DNA of 64,000 nucleotides from Podarcis tiliguerta (Eukaryota). The stretch lies in NCBI GenBank assembly GCA_965153285.1, contig OZ229117.1; one strand, written 5' to 3'. The notes under the pieces were generated by a model. That model saw only the letters and a list, made by a program, of their open reading frames with translations. It had not been told where the DNA came from and made no database searches. The translations under genes and the position numbers were made by a program. Below are positions 52,099 through 64,000 of the stretch, piece by piece; position 1 is the first letter of the stretch, and every line of letters begins with the position of its first letter.

Positions 52099-55000
52099 AC
52101 AGCCCTGTTGACAATACACACATGTGACAGCAGGTTCAACGCCTGTCTTGTTGTTTTGTCCACCTGTAAAGCTATTCTAATATCAAATTATTAAGGAATT
52201 ACTGTGAGTGATTTGGACCTGGCAAATAAAATCTAAGACTCTTAGAATAACTTGTTTCTAAACGAGAATGAGAACTAATTTTTCACTTGTTGATTACAGT
52301 TAGAATTTCTACCACTCTCTACTGGGAGAAAATAAGTGCTCTACTGATTAAATATAGAAAGTAAGTGATGTTATTCGTCATTATTAGTCATATCGATCCA
52401 TCATACATGAGATATACCATTCTCGTGTATGACTGATATATATATAATCACACAGCCTGAAAGTCAGTATATTTAGATCATCCAGCACATCAGTGTGTAA
52501 GCCAGAAGAAGGGGAGGAACTCAGTTTCACAGATTCCTGATGCCTGAAGCATCAAGTCAATCATCTTGAAACGTCATAACTTACAACAACCCATGAAATG
52601 ACTGTGCACCTAGGATTAAGGTACACTGATGCAAACCTATTTAAGTTGTTCCTCTGCCTTATTTTTTTCCTAAACTGATACAGGCTATATAACAGCACGC
52701 ATAATTTGGTTTCAAAGCACAATGTCCAAGTTTCTCTTAAAATCATGAGGAGCCAACCCATGGTGTAAAACCAGTGAATTAGCACAGTACTTGGGATGGA
52801 GACTCTCAACTAACAAGGGGGAGCTTATTACTCTCCTCAGCTTGCCAGTTTCCTGAAAAAGAAGTTCTACACATGCTGCAAAGACAAAGATAAGGTGCAA
52901 ATGCGAAGTTAAGTAGCCCTTACAGAAAGCAAAACTGCTCTGTTGGGCACTCAATACATAAACAAGTTATCTGTGCACCAGCCATCTTACAGCTCACAGT
53001 AAACAGTCTATGTAACCAGCTGCCACCCTTTAGATATATACAGGTACAACAGCTAATTTGATTGAAGTCTGTATTTTTCCTATATTTTTCACTTAAGTAC
53101 ATCAACCTATAAAAAACACTGCCAGCCAATTTCTAGCTTCTCGTTTGTTTAAGCTTTGTCTCACATATGCCACATACCCCTCTACCCCTAACAGAGACAG
53201 AACATTTCTCGCAATGTGGAAGCTATGAGTCAGTCCCTTGTGAAAAGACACGGGAAGAAGGGGGAGAAACTGAAGTGTATGCAACACCTTTCCTTATCAG
53301 CTCTCAACTTACTCTACCCCTGTAAGAGAACAAAATGCATAGCATGAAGTTCAACTACCTTGTCTAATCACCACAAGGATTTCTGTTTGCATAACATGAC
53401 TTCCCCGCCTCCTCCCCCTCGTGTGCTCTGTGCCATTGCCAAATCTGCTCAGGAGTGTTAGGGGAAACCCTAGAACAGACTTAGGTGACACATAGTGGAA
53501 GGAGGGGGGCATAATGTTCTGTTGCGCAAGCAGAAATCCTTGCACTGATGAGACAAGGTAGTTAAACACCGTCCATCCAATGCATTTTGTTCATGTAGCG
53601 CTATGATGGATACAACCCATTATGTATAACTTACCACATAAAATTGTGCTGTTCTATATAGTTATGAAATTTTGAAATATAGCAGCCTTAATTTTGCTCA
53701 AACAAATAATTTCCAAACCATCATCCAATAAAATTCACAGCCCTACAAAGTTGCAGTAACTTGCTGTATGCACAAACCAGTGTGTTAGTGGCCAAGAAAT
53801 GCATTGGGAACCAAGGGTATCATTCACAGGTCTGGAAAGCATTGCACAGTACAACTTAGAAAAACAACAACTACCAAGCAAGGGTTTTTGGCCCTACTAT
53901 CAGCAGGCCTTGCGTGGTCTGCCTGTCAGACAGTTCAAGAACTCCCTTCAAATAGCCAGCATGCTTTTGGTCACCTCTGCTTATCAGAGGAACACACACA
54001 TTGGGAAGTGCTAATACAGTACTGATGAAAACTAGACTTGGCTACTGCTAGTTCTGTGAATCAAGGAAGCAGCACGAGGACTCCCAAATACCAGCCTCTT
54101 TCAGCTGCTCTCTGTTAACTACTACAGTACATGTATTTTTAGCAACATGTTTGCCAACTGATTGCATCAGACACAAATTCTTCCAGCAAGAGTTCTATTT
54201 TTGTGGGCTCCAGGCACAACACTAGAAATAAATACCTTTTGACACCTGATACTCTCCTTTTCTTAGCGCGTACACACAACACACACACACAGAGAATGCC
54301 TACTATGAGCCAGCGTAACAAAATAAAGGCTTAAAAGAACACTTGATTTTTCTACACAATACTTAATTTCTCAGAAACTCTAGGAATGAACTGCCACCCT
54401 TTGTGAAAAAAGCTGGTCTCCTCCCCCTATATTCCAATTCGTAATATTAAAAAGTGCATAAATCTAGCTTCTGCAAACACAGGGGTATACCACTTGCAAC
54501 AGAATATGTAGCATGCAAATTTGGTTCCTTAATTTACTGAACAATTCTAACTGTAGAATGCACATTTCCCCTTGTGCACTGCCTGAAACAAAAAGCTGAA
54601 CAGGCTTGCTCCACAGGCACTATTTCTATGGGAAGGTCTCCAATAAAAAGACGCTCGTAATTTTAACATGTTATCCAATGTAACGTACAACATCTATATG
54701 ATCATCCCACCAAATTTTCCTGGTCCAAACAACTCAGCAGAAGTGGTCAGCTAAGAACTTGGCTGGAAATGGTTTTGAGCGCAGGCGCCTCTAGAGTAAG
54801 GAGGGAAGGAATCAATGATTCACAGCCTCAAGTGTTTCCTTACACTCAACCATAATCACCTCATTGTGGAAAAACCCTGCCCACTCTGAATTCTTGCCAA
54901 GAAGCCAAAGTTGAATACAGGGATGACTTCAACCTTTCAGTTTCCAGTCTTAACTCAGTAATAGCTGGATTTTTCCCTCACCCATCGTAAATACATAAAA

Positions 55001-55939
55001 CCCATAGCTCTAAGAGAATCAACTCACAAAAAGTTAACACAGAGATACTGTTTGCATTTCAAAGAGAGAGAAAATGTGGCTTGACTGTTTCTGCAAAGAA
55101 AACAAGAATGCCCATGTGCAAACTGGATTTTGGGTCTGGTTAAACCTCCCTATCATACTATGCCAGAAATTTCTTCGCATTCTGTTATTAAACTTGCCTG
55201 AATCAGAAAGAGCTTGGCAATTTTCTGAAGTGTAAAAATTACTGTTTAAAAACCAAACAGTAATATGCAATTATAAGAACCTTATTTTTGGTTTTCTAAG
55301 TGTAAATTTGCAATTGGCACCTGAGAAGTTTCTGTTTTGGAGACTCAATGGTCCCCATGTACAAGCTTCCCCAGACCCTCCATTTAAAACAAAAATTAGC
55401 CCTACTAACAAAACACCAACTATTCATTTGCTTTATGACCAAGAATGGTGCAGTCTAAATCTTAGATTATATTTGGGGTTACTCTCTTCAAATCCTACTT
55501 CCTAGAAATGGGGCACATATGGTAAGCAAACATTGCAAATCATTTTTCATGTATGATTTTATCCACAATCCAAACTTAGGGTTTGCTGACGTGTAGGTCA
55601 TAACTGCAGACGTGTTTCTTAAACAGAGAAATATTTCTGCAGTCCTTGGCTTGGAAGTGGGAAGTACAAGTACAGCAAACACAATGCAAAGAAAGCTTGG
55701 CTATTTCTTCAACTTTGTTTTCTAAATGAAGTCAAATAAGCAAGAGAATTACAATCTCTAGTCTAGGGCATTAGAAAATTTCCTTATGCAAATCATCCCA
55801 CATTACCAGGCACACATTAACATAAAACTGAGCTAAAAGGTTTAGAAGATTATAATTTTATTAAATCTCCTATGGAAGCCAATTCTCAAGTTTGGGTCAC
55901 AATCATATGACATACTTTTAAGAAAAGGTGGGGAAATTA

Positions 55940-56600
55940 ATTAATTGATTGATTTAATCTCTTACCTAGTCTTCACCATAAGGTCTCAGGGAGAGTTAAA
56001 ACAATATACTGGTAATATACAATTATAAAAATGGATAAAATTGCTATAATTATAAAACTAGTAAAACCATTTTTTAAAAAGCAGGGCAGAATGATATAAA
56101 TTCAACAAAAGAGGTGGGTCCCACAAAGCAGAATTAAAACTTCGGTTTAAGAGGTGAATCTTCACCTGTACAATAAATATTCCAGACACAGGGAGGAAAC
56201 TCCATAATTTAGGGCCTGCCACAGAGAGAGCCCTCTTCTGGACCTGCATTTCTGACCAGTGGAAGTATTCAAATAGTCTTCAAGGGATTCCACACACAGA
56301 GCACAATGCAATAGTCCAGTCTGAACAGTATCAGGGCGTAGAGTACACTGGTCGTCTCTCTCCAAAAGGGGCCATAGCTGGAAAAAAGGCACTTCAGGTC
56401 ACCAAGGCTACCTAAACCTCCAGGGGCAGTAGTGGATCTAGGAGCACCGCCAAGCTATGAACTGGCTACTTCCAGGGGAGTGCAGCCGCATCCAGAACAG
56501 GTAATCTCCAACCTCCTAGACTCAGCAATTCAGAACACACAACATCTTTGTCGTTTCAGGATTCACCTTCAATTTACTGGTCCACATCTAGCCTCCAAGC
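55940..56600 (-). mobile_element. L2-type LINE 3' relic; smaller relic at ~46600-46830
   Basis: Reverse complement shows AAGAGGGCTCTCTCTGTGGCAGGCCCTAAATTATGG and GACTGGACTATTGCA motifs; peptide RALSVAGPKLWSFLP. Confidence 0.65.
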
Positions 56601-59600
56601 ACTGGTCTGTTATGGGTCATCACACACTTCTATGTATCTGAATGGTGCTGGAAAGCTGACTAGAAAGAAGCGATGCATTGGTGAAAAATAAGTTACCTCA
56701 CTTATCCTCAATGTCGGCAGCTGATACAAAGGGGTAGAGCACACAATCTCCTGCACTGCACCAACTGCTAGGAGCTGAAACAGACCAGGAAAGAGAGTTC
56801 AGGTGATAGCCTCCTCAATGTAAGGGAGAGGTTCTAGCCAAGTGACTGACTCACTTGGGCAAAGGCTAGATTCACGAGGTACAGGCAGCAGCCAAGGAGG
56901 CCAAGCTTCACCACTACAGCTGTGTTCAATGCTAATCCTGGTTGGGGCAGGAAGATGGATTTCCTACCCTTCCCCCTAGTCATTTAAGGTGTAGTAGCTC
57001 CACAGGCTACAAAACCAACTACACGGTGTGAGCGTCATGGGTTATGAATCTATTTGCATACTGAACTGATCAATTGTGCCCACGCCAATGGACCACCCAG
57101 TCCCTATGGCAAAAATGCTTCTGTCTGAGCAATTGTTAAGTTCTTATTTATTCAAGTAATGGCAGGGGAAGCCCTAACGCTTCTGCCCCACAGTACTGTA
57201 AAAAAATTCTTGGTCAAATAACCAAACCAAACTGTGTGTTGGATTTAGTCACACAAACTAGCAGGCATGACTAAAAAGTTGTTCCTGTGACTCAAGAGCA
57301 TACAGACTGGAAACCTTATTTATACAAATATTGCTCATTTGGGCCTATATCCTGGACTCTCCCCACTGTACTACCAACCCCACCCCACTTTATTCATAAC
57401 CATCAGCAGAGAGCATTCCTCAGACTAATTAATAAAGATGATGTTTTCCCATGATATATCACTATAGGTGAAAAGTGTGTTTGGAGCAAGGATGTGAATA
57501 GTTGAAGAATCCATGAGGAAGGATGCAGTGTCTCTCTGCATACTCTGTTCACACATCACACTTGAATGAGGGGGTTCCTGCCTACAAGGAACAGGACACC
57601 CAACGTGAGGGGCAGAAGGCAGGCTCTAGACAAACTAAGAACAAATCTCACTCAACTATTTTGTTTGGAATAAGACAAACCACCATCCCAGTTCAGATGA
57701 CTTGCCAAGCCAAAACATGGCTTAGCTCACAGTAGCACTAGCGGCAGAGCACCCTGGGAACCCATGCATTGATGTGAAGCCATGGTTTAGCATGAAGCTT
57801 AGCATCATGCGCAGAGTGAGGCACCATTCAAAACTCTGAGCAGCATGTCTTCCATCTCATAAAATGTGGGAGCAGAACACAGTTCTGCCCCTACCATCTA
57901 GGCAGCCAGCCACTAATCTCCCTCAGAAATAGCCTTGCTCATCTAAAGTATGAATTTCTAAACTCTTGATGACAGAAGTACATTTTTTTACTGAGTTTAA
58001 AATGAAGAAATGCACTTTGTCAAACTTCAAAAGGTTTAGAGCGTGCAAGAGTAAGAATTACACTACCTGTAGCCCAGCATATTCCTGCAAGAATTGTGCC
58101 TCTGGGCTTGCTTTTTGTCAGGCGGAAAACCCAGGGCACTGACTGGGGGAGGGATGCAACAGGCAACCTCTTCCTGCAATCCTTGGAGGTAGATAATTCT
58201 GTAGCGTCAGAAATGGCTGAATGATCCAAACAAAGACAAGGCAGAATTACCCACCTCCATAGAAGGTGGAAAAAAGAAAGCCAGAGGCCTCCCTTCAATG
58301 GATCGTGCAGACTGCCTTCTGTGGGCGGGCACTCTGGGCTCTCAAAAAGGTTTCTATAATTATGAAAGAACACATACAATTTGGGAATTACTAATCTTAA
58401 AAGCAAGAGGAAATCAGCTGCTAGTCTCCCCTAGAAACTGCCTGGCTCATCACACAGCAGAACACTCACTCCAACCTGAAGTGCCTGTCGTCCTCCCTCA
58501 TCCCTATTTTAGCAGACAACCTCCACATAGCTTACCAGTACCATCTTATCTCCACAGGAAGATTCTTGTCCTCAGGCTTTCTCATATGCCATTCCTCATT
58601 TCATTTCAAGTTTGCCCTAGTCCCCAGGAATCTCTTACTCATCGCCAGTACATCCCCAGGTCTCCAACCTACTATTTTAAACTCTAAGGAAATCTCATTT
58701 TCTAGACAAGACGTATTCAAGATTATATAGCAGGAATAGGGAACCTGTGGCTCTCCAGATTATGGTGGTTACCAACACCCATCAGCTCTAGCCAGCAAGG
58801 CAAATGGTTGGAGGACCACATACTCTCCCATCCTTGTTACACACTATGTTACCAATCCATGTATTCTTTCATTCAAATTTAAAATCACCATTCAACATGA
58901 TTACAAACAAAACCCTCTATTTTAAAGCACTTCCAAAAGAATGCAACAAATTTAAAACCATAATCAAAACTTTAAAAATACAGCTCAGCAAGTGAACAAA
59001 CAAACAAATCAATATTAGCAAAGAGGGTTAAGGGCTAGTAAAAGTCAAGCTATTTCCCCCTCCGTACTCAACACACTATTATGTTTGGCAACAGAAAAGT
59101 AGCCGGAGTAGTTATTCCCTGAGGAGCAACAATCAGCCTCACTCATTTAGCTGCACCTATCACTAGGACAGAGGAGTGGTGAAAGTGAGCTTAGTATTGT
59201 TTCATACTGGAGGAAGAAACTGAGAAGAAAATTGTAATCACCACAGATTTAAGCTTGGCCCAGCTCACCGACCATAATAAAGAGCAGGTCCATGTGGAAT
59301 GTTGTTTATCTTCTTCCTACCAGCATTCAGAGGAACTATACCATGATCCCTGGTTTAGTATTACATAAAAAAACAGTTATCACTGTGATTTACTTTGCTC
59401 CAACAAAACATACCAAGCAAGCCAAGAACAAACCTTGGCTACAGATGGCGATTTGCTGTGAGTGAAACAAACCATGCAGCCTGGGTTCGTGGTTTGCTTC
59501 TTCCACATGCATGAAAGGAGAAGTACGGTAAGCAGGTGTGCTGAACTAGCAAAAGGTAAGCCACAGCTACATTGTGCTGGAAGACATTGCTTCATACCCT

Positions 59601-61341
59601 CCCACGGCAGATACTACACATTCAAAGATTCTGGTTTCTTAAAACCTCAGGCACAAAAAGGACAAAGACCATTATCATTGCCTAAATAAGCAGCACCAAT
59701 GTCCATAGCTACATCATTACAATGCTGCTACTTTAATGCTTTAGAGCATTCAAACCACTTCACATAATTTTTTCTTAGCAAAGCAAAGTAGGCAGTCCTT
59801 CACAAGGAGGAAACTGGGCAGCTCACAATCCTATACCACAGCAACCCAGAGGCAAGAAATGCTAGTATTAACACTGCTACTATGAAGCAGAGCCCAGGTA
59901 AATGTGCTAGGATAAAGAGTATGAATGCGTATGCACTAGAAAGCCATATTTAACAGAAGGGAGTCTATTTGTAAGAAGAGATATTTTACCCTGTGTGTTA
60001 TACCCTGCCCCCCAAAGACCAAATTTCAATGCATTCTTTGAAAGGGGACTCGACCTCCCTCAAAACATTTATCTGGGTGCTGTTAAATAACAGCTGTGTC
60101 AATGCCAGCATTTCTAACCTTCTGGGCTGCTATCCTGGAGGTCTCTGAGCTGTCAAATGCTACCTGCCTACTGAGAGAAATGCATGCAAAGTGCCCTGAA
60201 GAGCTGCACTTAAAACAGTAGCTTTCGTCACTGTTATTAATGACATAATTATGATTACCGTTATCATCGCAAACGACACCTTAGAGGGTAGCACTGTGCT
60301 GCAGCAACACTATTTGTTAGTCTTTAAAGGTACCACAAGGCTCTTTTCTTTCTGCAACGGTCCAACACCACTACCCTTCAGAAAGCTGTTATGCTAATGT
60401 AAGCAATAACAACAATACTGTGTATTAATTGCATGCATGTGGGTTATCATGGAAGTCAGATGTGGCTCAACTTTCTTGGCCCGAGGGCCACATTCACCCT
60501 TGGCCAACCCTCTGAGGGCTGCATGGCAGTGGTGGGTGTGGCCCCCCCACACTCTTTTAAGTGTGTGCACTCTTCACACACACAGCCACACCTCAGGTAA
60601 TCCATACCAAACAACTGTCCATTTCTACACCCATCAATCTGACATCTGAGGAAAACTGTGAGGATTTGCAGGCACACCAGGCTCAACCCACTTTAGTGCT
60701 GCATCTACTTTAGTTCCAGTTTTCTTTTTGCTGTCACCATCCAAATTAGCAAAATCTTCTGGGGAGGGAAGGGAGAGAAAAAACTGCTCAGTGTGATGGT
60801 GGTGGGGAGAGCAGATCAGGCCCCCAATCTGAGGGCTAGCCACCCATAATGCAAGCCATGTATTAGATACTAAAATGATGTAAGACCATGCATATGTATA
60901 TGTATACACACACTTGTGTCACTATCACCTGTGTATATATGTATATGCATACGTACATATGTGTGGATCAGTTATGCACATTTGTTATCATACAGAGAGA
61001 GAGATTAAATAGATCACACACGCACAAAGGCATTGTACACATGCAGGCTCCTTCCCACCCTCAGCCCCACTGCCAGGACTTTCATCATTGTCACAATTAA
61101 TGAATTAAAGCTTGGGGCGGGTTACAGCGTTAAGACACTATTTAAAAAAAAAATTAAGAGAAATTATCATCCCCCTGTGCGCTGGGCTTCTCCCCACTCG
61201 CCCATCCACCCGCAGGGCCCTTTCTTCGCTCCTACTTCAAGATCAGGATCAGGCCCTGCCCTCCCCCCGCCCCTCCACTTCCTCCCCCGGCCCCCTCCCC
61301 TCCCTCTCCTTCCCCGCCAGGCGTCCCTCCTCTCAACTCAC

Positions 61342-61620
61342 CTCAGCCGCTCCACGCTGGCTGCCGCCTTCCATTCAGCCCGTCAAGGCCAGAGAAGAAG
61401 CGCCGTGCTGGTGGCGGGCAGTGGCGGGGCGGCCTCTTTGTGCCACCGCGCGCCTATTTCTCCTCAGCCAGCGGCGGGAAGGAAAGGCGGCGGCGGCGGC
61501 GGCGGCGGTGGAGCAAGAGGCCTCCGCGGACCCTCCCCGTTCCGAGAGCGAGCGCGCCGCGGCTCCGCCCACCTCCCCGCCAGGCCGCCGCCGCTCCTCG
61601 CTCCGTATCCCCAAGGCAAC
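61342..61620 (-). other. RSPRY1: Probable RSPRY1 non-coding exon 1; TSS approximate
   Basis: Consensus donor GAG|gtgagt at 61342/61341 inside the CpG island. Confidence 0.7.
61486..61508. repeat. (GGC)7 trinucleotide repeat in the probable RSPRY1 5' UTR
   Basis: Read directly from the sequence. Confidence 0.9.
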
Positions 61621-61789
61621 TAGCCACGCCCCCTCCTCTTCGTCGCTTTCCACTCACGCGGCCCATTCTCAAATTGCTAGAAGCGAAGCTCCGCCCACGC
61701 CGCTCGGAAGGGAGGCTGGCCAATCCTAAGCGCCCGCCTGTCCCTTCCCACCCCTATTATTTTTTTAACCAACCCAGTCGCAGACGCAG

Positions 61790-61845
61790 CTTTCAGGACT
61801 CGCTGGTTTGTTTGCGACGGAAGCCTCGGTTGGCTGGATCGATGG
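61790..61845 (+). other. Possible non-coding first exon of the divergent gene (PSME3IP1/FAM192A by synteny)
   Basis: TGG|gtgagg donor at 61845/61846. In human, PSME3IP1 is head-to-head with RSPRY1; no coding exon of it is visible in the window. Confidence 0.4.
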
Positions 61846-64000
61846 GTGAGGAAAAGGAACGCGGCGTCCGATTGGGTGACTCGGAGGCGGAAGAGGCGGG
61901 GAGACCGTGGGGGTAAAGGGGGCGGGGCTGTCATTGGTGCGGCCGGGACTCCGTCCACAAAGGTGGGCTCGGGAGGAAGAGGAAGGAAGGCCCCGCTGGA
62001 GGGGTCCATGGCGGAGAGGTGGGTGTCGCGGGCCGCCTTCCGGCTCTAGGAGGCCGTTGAGACTGGGGGGAGTGCGGGGATGGTAGCTGGAATAGCGAAA
62101 TTATTTATTAATAATGAATGATAATTAAAATAAGTTATTAACAAGATATTCTATCCTAGTAGTAGTAATAGTAGTAGTGCTGTTATTTATTTATTGCCCG
62201 CCACTCACCCTTAGGCCACAAGGCGGGTTACAGCGTTAAAACACAATTTAAAAGCAACTTATGGATGGACCCTCGTCCTTACAGTTTTCTTAAAATCGAA
62301 TGTCTGGACCCACACAATGAGGATGAATATTATTGATATAATACCGATGAAATGCTGTTGATAGCAATGCCATTGTTTATTAAAGCTACAACTGTACTTT
62401 AAAAATTTATTTAAAGCAATATATAAAATTTCTTTAAAAATAAGTTTTCTCAAGGTGGCCTCTAGTTAATGGGATATGCATTTAAGAAGCAACATCTGCA
62501 GTTATTTTCAACTTAAAAACAGGATTTAACTTTAAAGCCTTTTGCACTCCTGTAAAAAGTCATATTACTATTTCAGATGGGGAGTAGTTTAAAATCCAGC
62601 TTCTAATTTCAGTTAAAAGCAGATTGATATAATAAAAAGGTTTTTAAAGCTTGCAAGCAAGGAGTGTTACATATGTAAGGCACCTCGTTTGTTTAAGAGG
62701 GAACGGTTGTGACATCTGTACCTTCCTCAGGTTGTGAACAGTAAGGGGGCAAGTAATTGCACTCATTGCAGTCTTTTTTTTTTCTAACTGGAGGAACCTT
62801 TTTAAGTGTGAAGGAATTTGAGTGAAATAATTCACATTGATGAGAGGTATTCTAGCTAAGGGATCTGTAAGGAGCCAGTAGGCCAGCCTTTTCTCAGGTG
62901 CAAGCACTGGTTGACTTAATTCATGATTGGAGTCACCTGCTTGCTTAGAGCAGCTGCATCCTGACATTAAAAACTGCATGCTGGCTCAGCTTCTTCCTTT
63001 CATTACAAAGCTGTTTTATCCTGTGTGCAACACCTGCAGATCCATTGCTGAAACTCCAAGGTCCATGAAAGATAAAATAAATTCTGCACTGAAAAATAAA
63101 TCATGTAAGCAGTGCTGTTTTGTTCAATATATGTGCAATTTAGCTCAGCTTCCATTTTCGCATAATGGAGAATAAAATTCTATTGCTACTCAGGGAAGTG
63201 AGAGGTGAAGGCCACTTTTTTAAAAGGGGGATTAGACAATTCAGTAGAAAACATGAGGTTTGTCAATAACGACAAGTCATGACTATATACTGCTGCCAAG
63301 ATTTGTGATGGGTGTGTCTCTCAACGGTTACTGGGGAGCAACAGCAGGAGATAGCATTTGTTCCAATATCCTGCTTATTGACTTTCCAGAGGCATCGTCG
63401 TGTTGGCCATTGTGGACGATGGGATGCTGGACTAGATATGACTTTAGTCTTATATTACTAGGCTTTTTAATGCAATTCATATAATATGCATAAAAAAAAA
63501 CATGGCATGGAGATGGCTACTATGCAGACCCTGTAAGAGACTAAATGATATCTGTTTTTGACAAACATGTCCTGTTTTGTTGCTGTGTACTGCAAATGGT
63601 GGAATTTTACAGGTGATAGTCCTGACTTTTCTGTTAAGAAGGAACTCCTGTTTCTGATTAATGGGGAAAGTGGGATACTGAATTTAACATTTCAGTCCGT
63701 AGAACAGAGAGGGAATGTATCAGGTCCTCTACAAAACTTCCCCCAGGACACATTCTCTTTTCCATATCTATTAAGGGCAGCAGATGTCTGGAAACTTAGC
63801 AGCATTGTGGGGTCACTTCTTCCACAATCCATTTGTGGCAAATGCTCCACATGTCAAGTCCAAGTAGGAGACAGTACCACTTTAGTGCTTGCTATAGGGC
63901 ATAAACTGCCTCCTTCCTGCAATTCATTGTGCTTTGCCTCTGGTCTTCTGAGGTAGGGGGAATTAGCGGTGGTACAGCATAGTAGATGTAGGCAGGGATA

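Larger units (their letters stand above)
61170..62060. promoter_or_regulatory. CpG island, probable bidirectional promoter for RSPRY1 (-) and a divergent gene (+)
   Basis: Very high GC and CpG content; GC boxes; CCAAT/ATTGG at 61720, 61871, 61933; ETS CGGAAG at 61818; outward-facing splice donors on both strands. Confidence 0.9.

Noticed and set aside
61605-61620. X-box at the RSPRY1 promoter (GTATCC-CCAA-GGCAAC)
   Set aside because: The 4-nt spacer exceeds the usual 0-3 nt; at best a half-site.
61033-62049. Several long overlapping ORFs (up to 205 aa)
   Set aside because: Stop-poor GC-rich CpG island; low-complexity Pro/Arg/Ala/Gly translations appear in all frames.

Overview
Vertebrate nuclear DNA from a squamate reptile. 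Sauria/Squam SINEs and CR1/L2 relics point to a lizard, probably a lacertid (inference). The window holds the conserved block PLLP (+, last 3 coding exons; exon 1 lies upstream of the window), ARL2BP (-, complete, 6 coding exons, 162 aa, plus a probable extra 5' exon in a small CpG island at ~22.5-22.9 kb) and RSPRY1 (-, complete, 14 coding exons, 575 aa, SPRY + C-terminal RING). It ends in a CpG-island promoter at ~61.2-62.05 kb that is probably shared head-to-head with PSME3IP1/FAM192A (by synteny only). All exons were read by hand with GT-AG boundaries and consistent phases. Introns carry four near-full-length Sauria SINEs with TSDs, Squam3-like and MIR-like SINEs, a tRNA-Lys/CR1 chimeric SINE, hAT and Tigger-type MITEs (some nested), and CR1/L2 fragments. 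There is no prokaryote-type system and no novel long ORF. The most unusual signal is translational. The RSPRY1 5' UTR holds three uORFs chained by stop/start overlaps that converge on a weak-context main AUG, upstream of a strong-context in-frame MGNSCVC (myristoylation-type) AUG. ARL2BP may carry a spliced 46-aa uORF.
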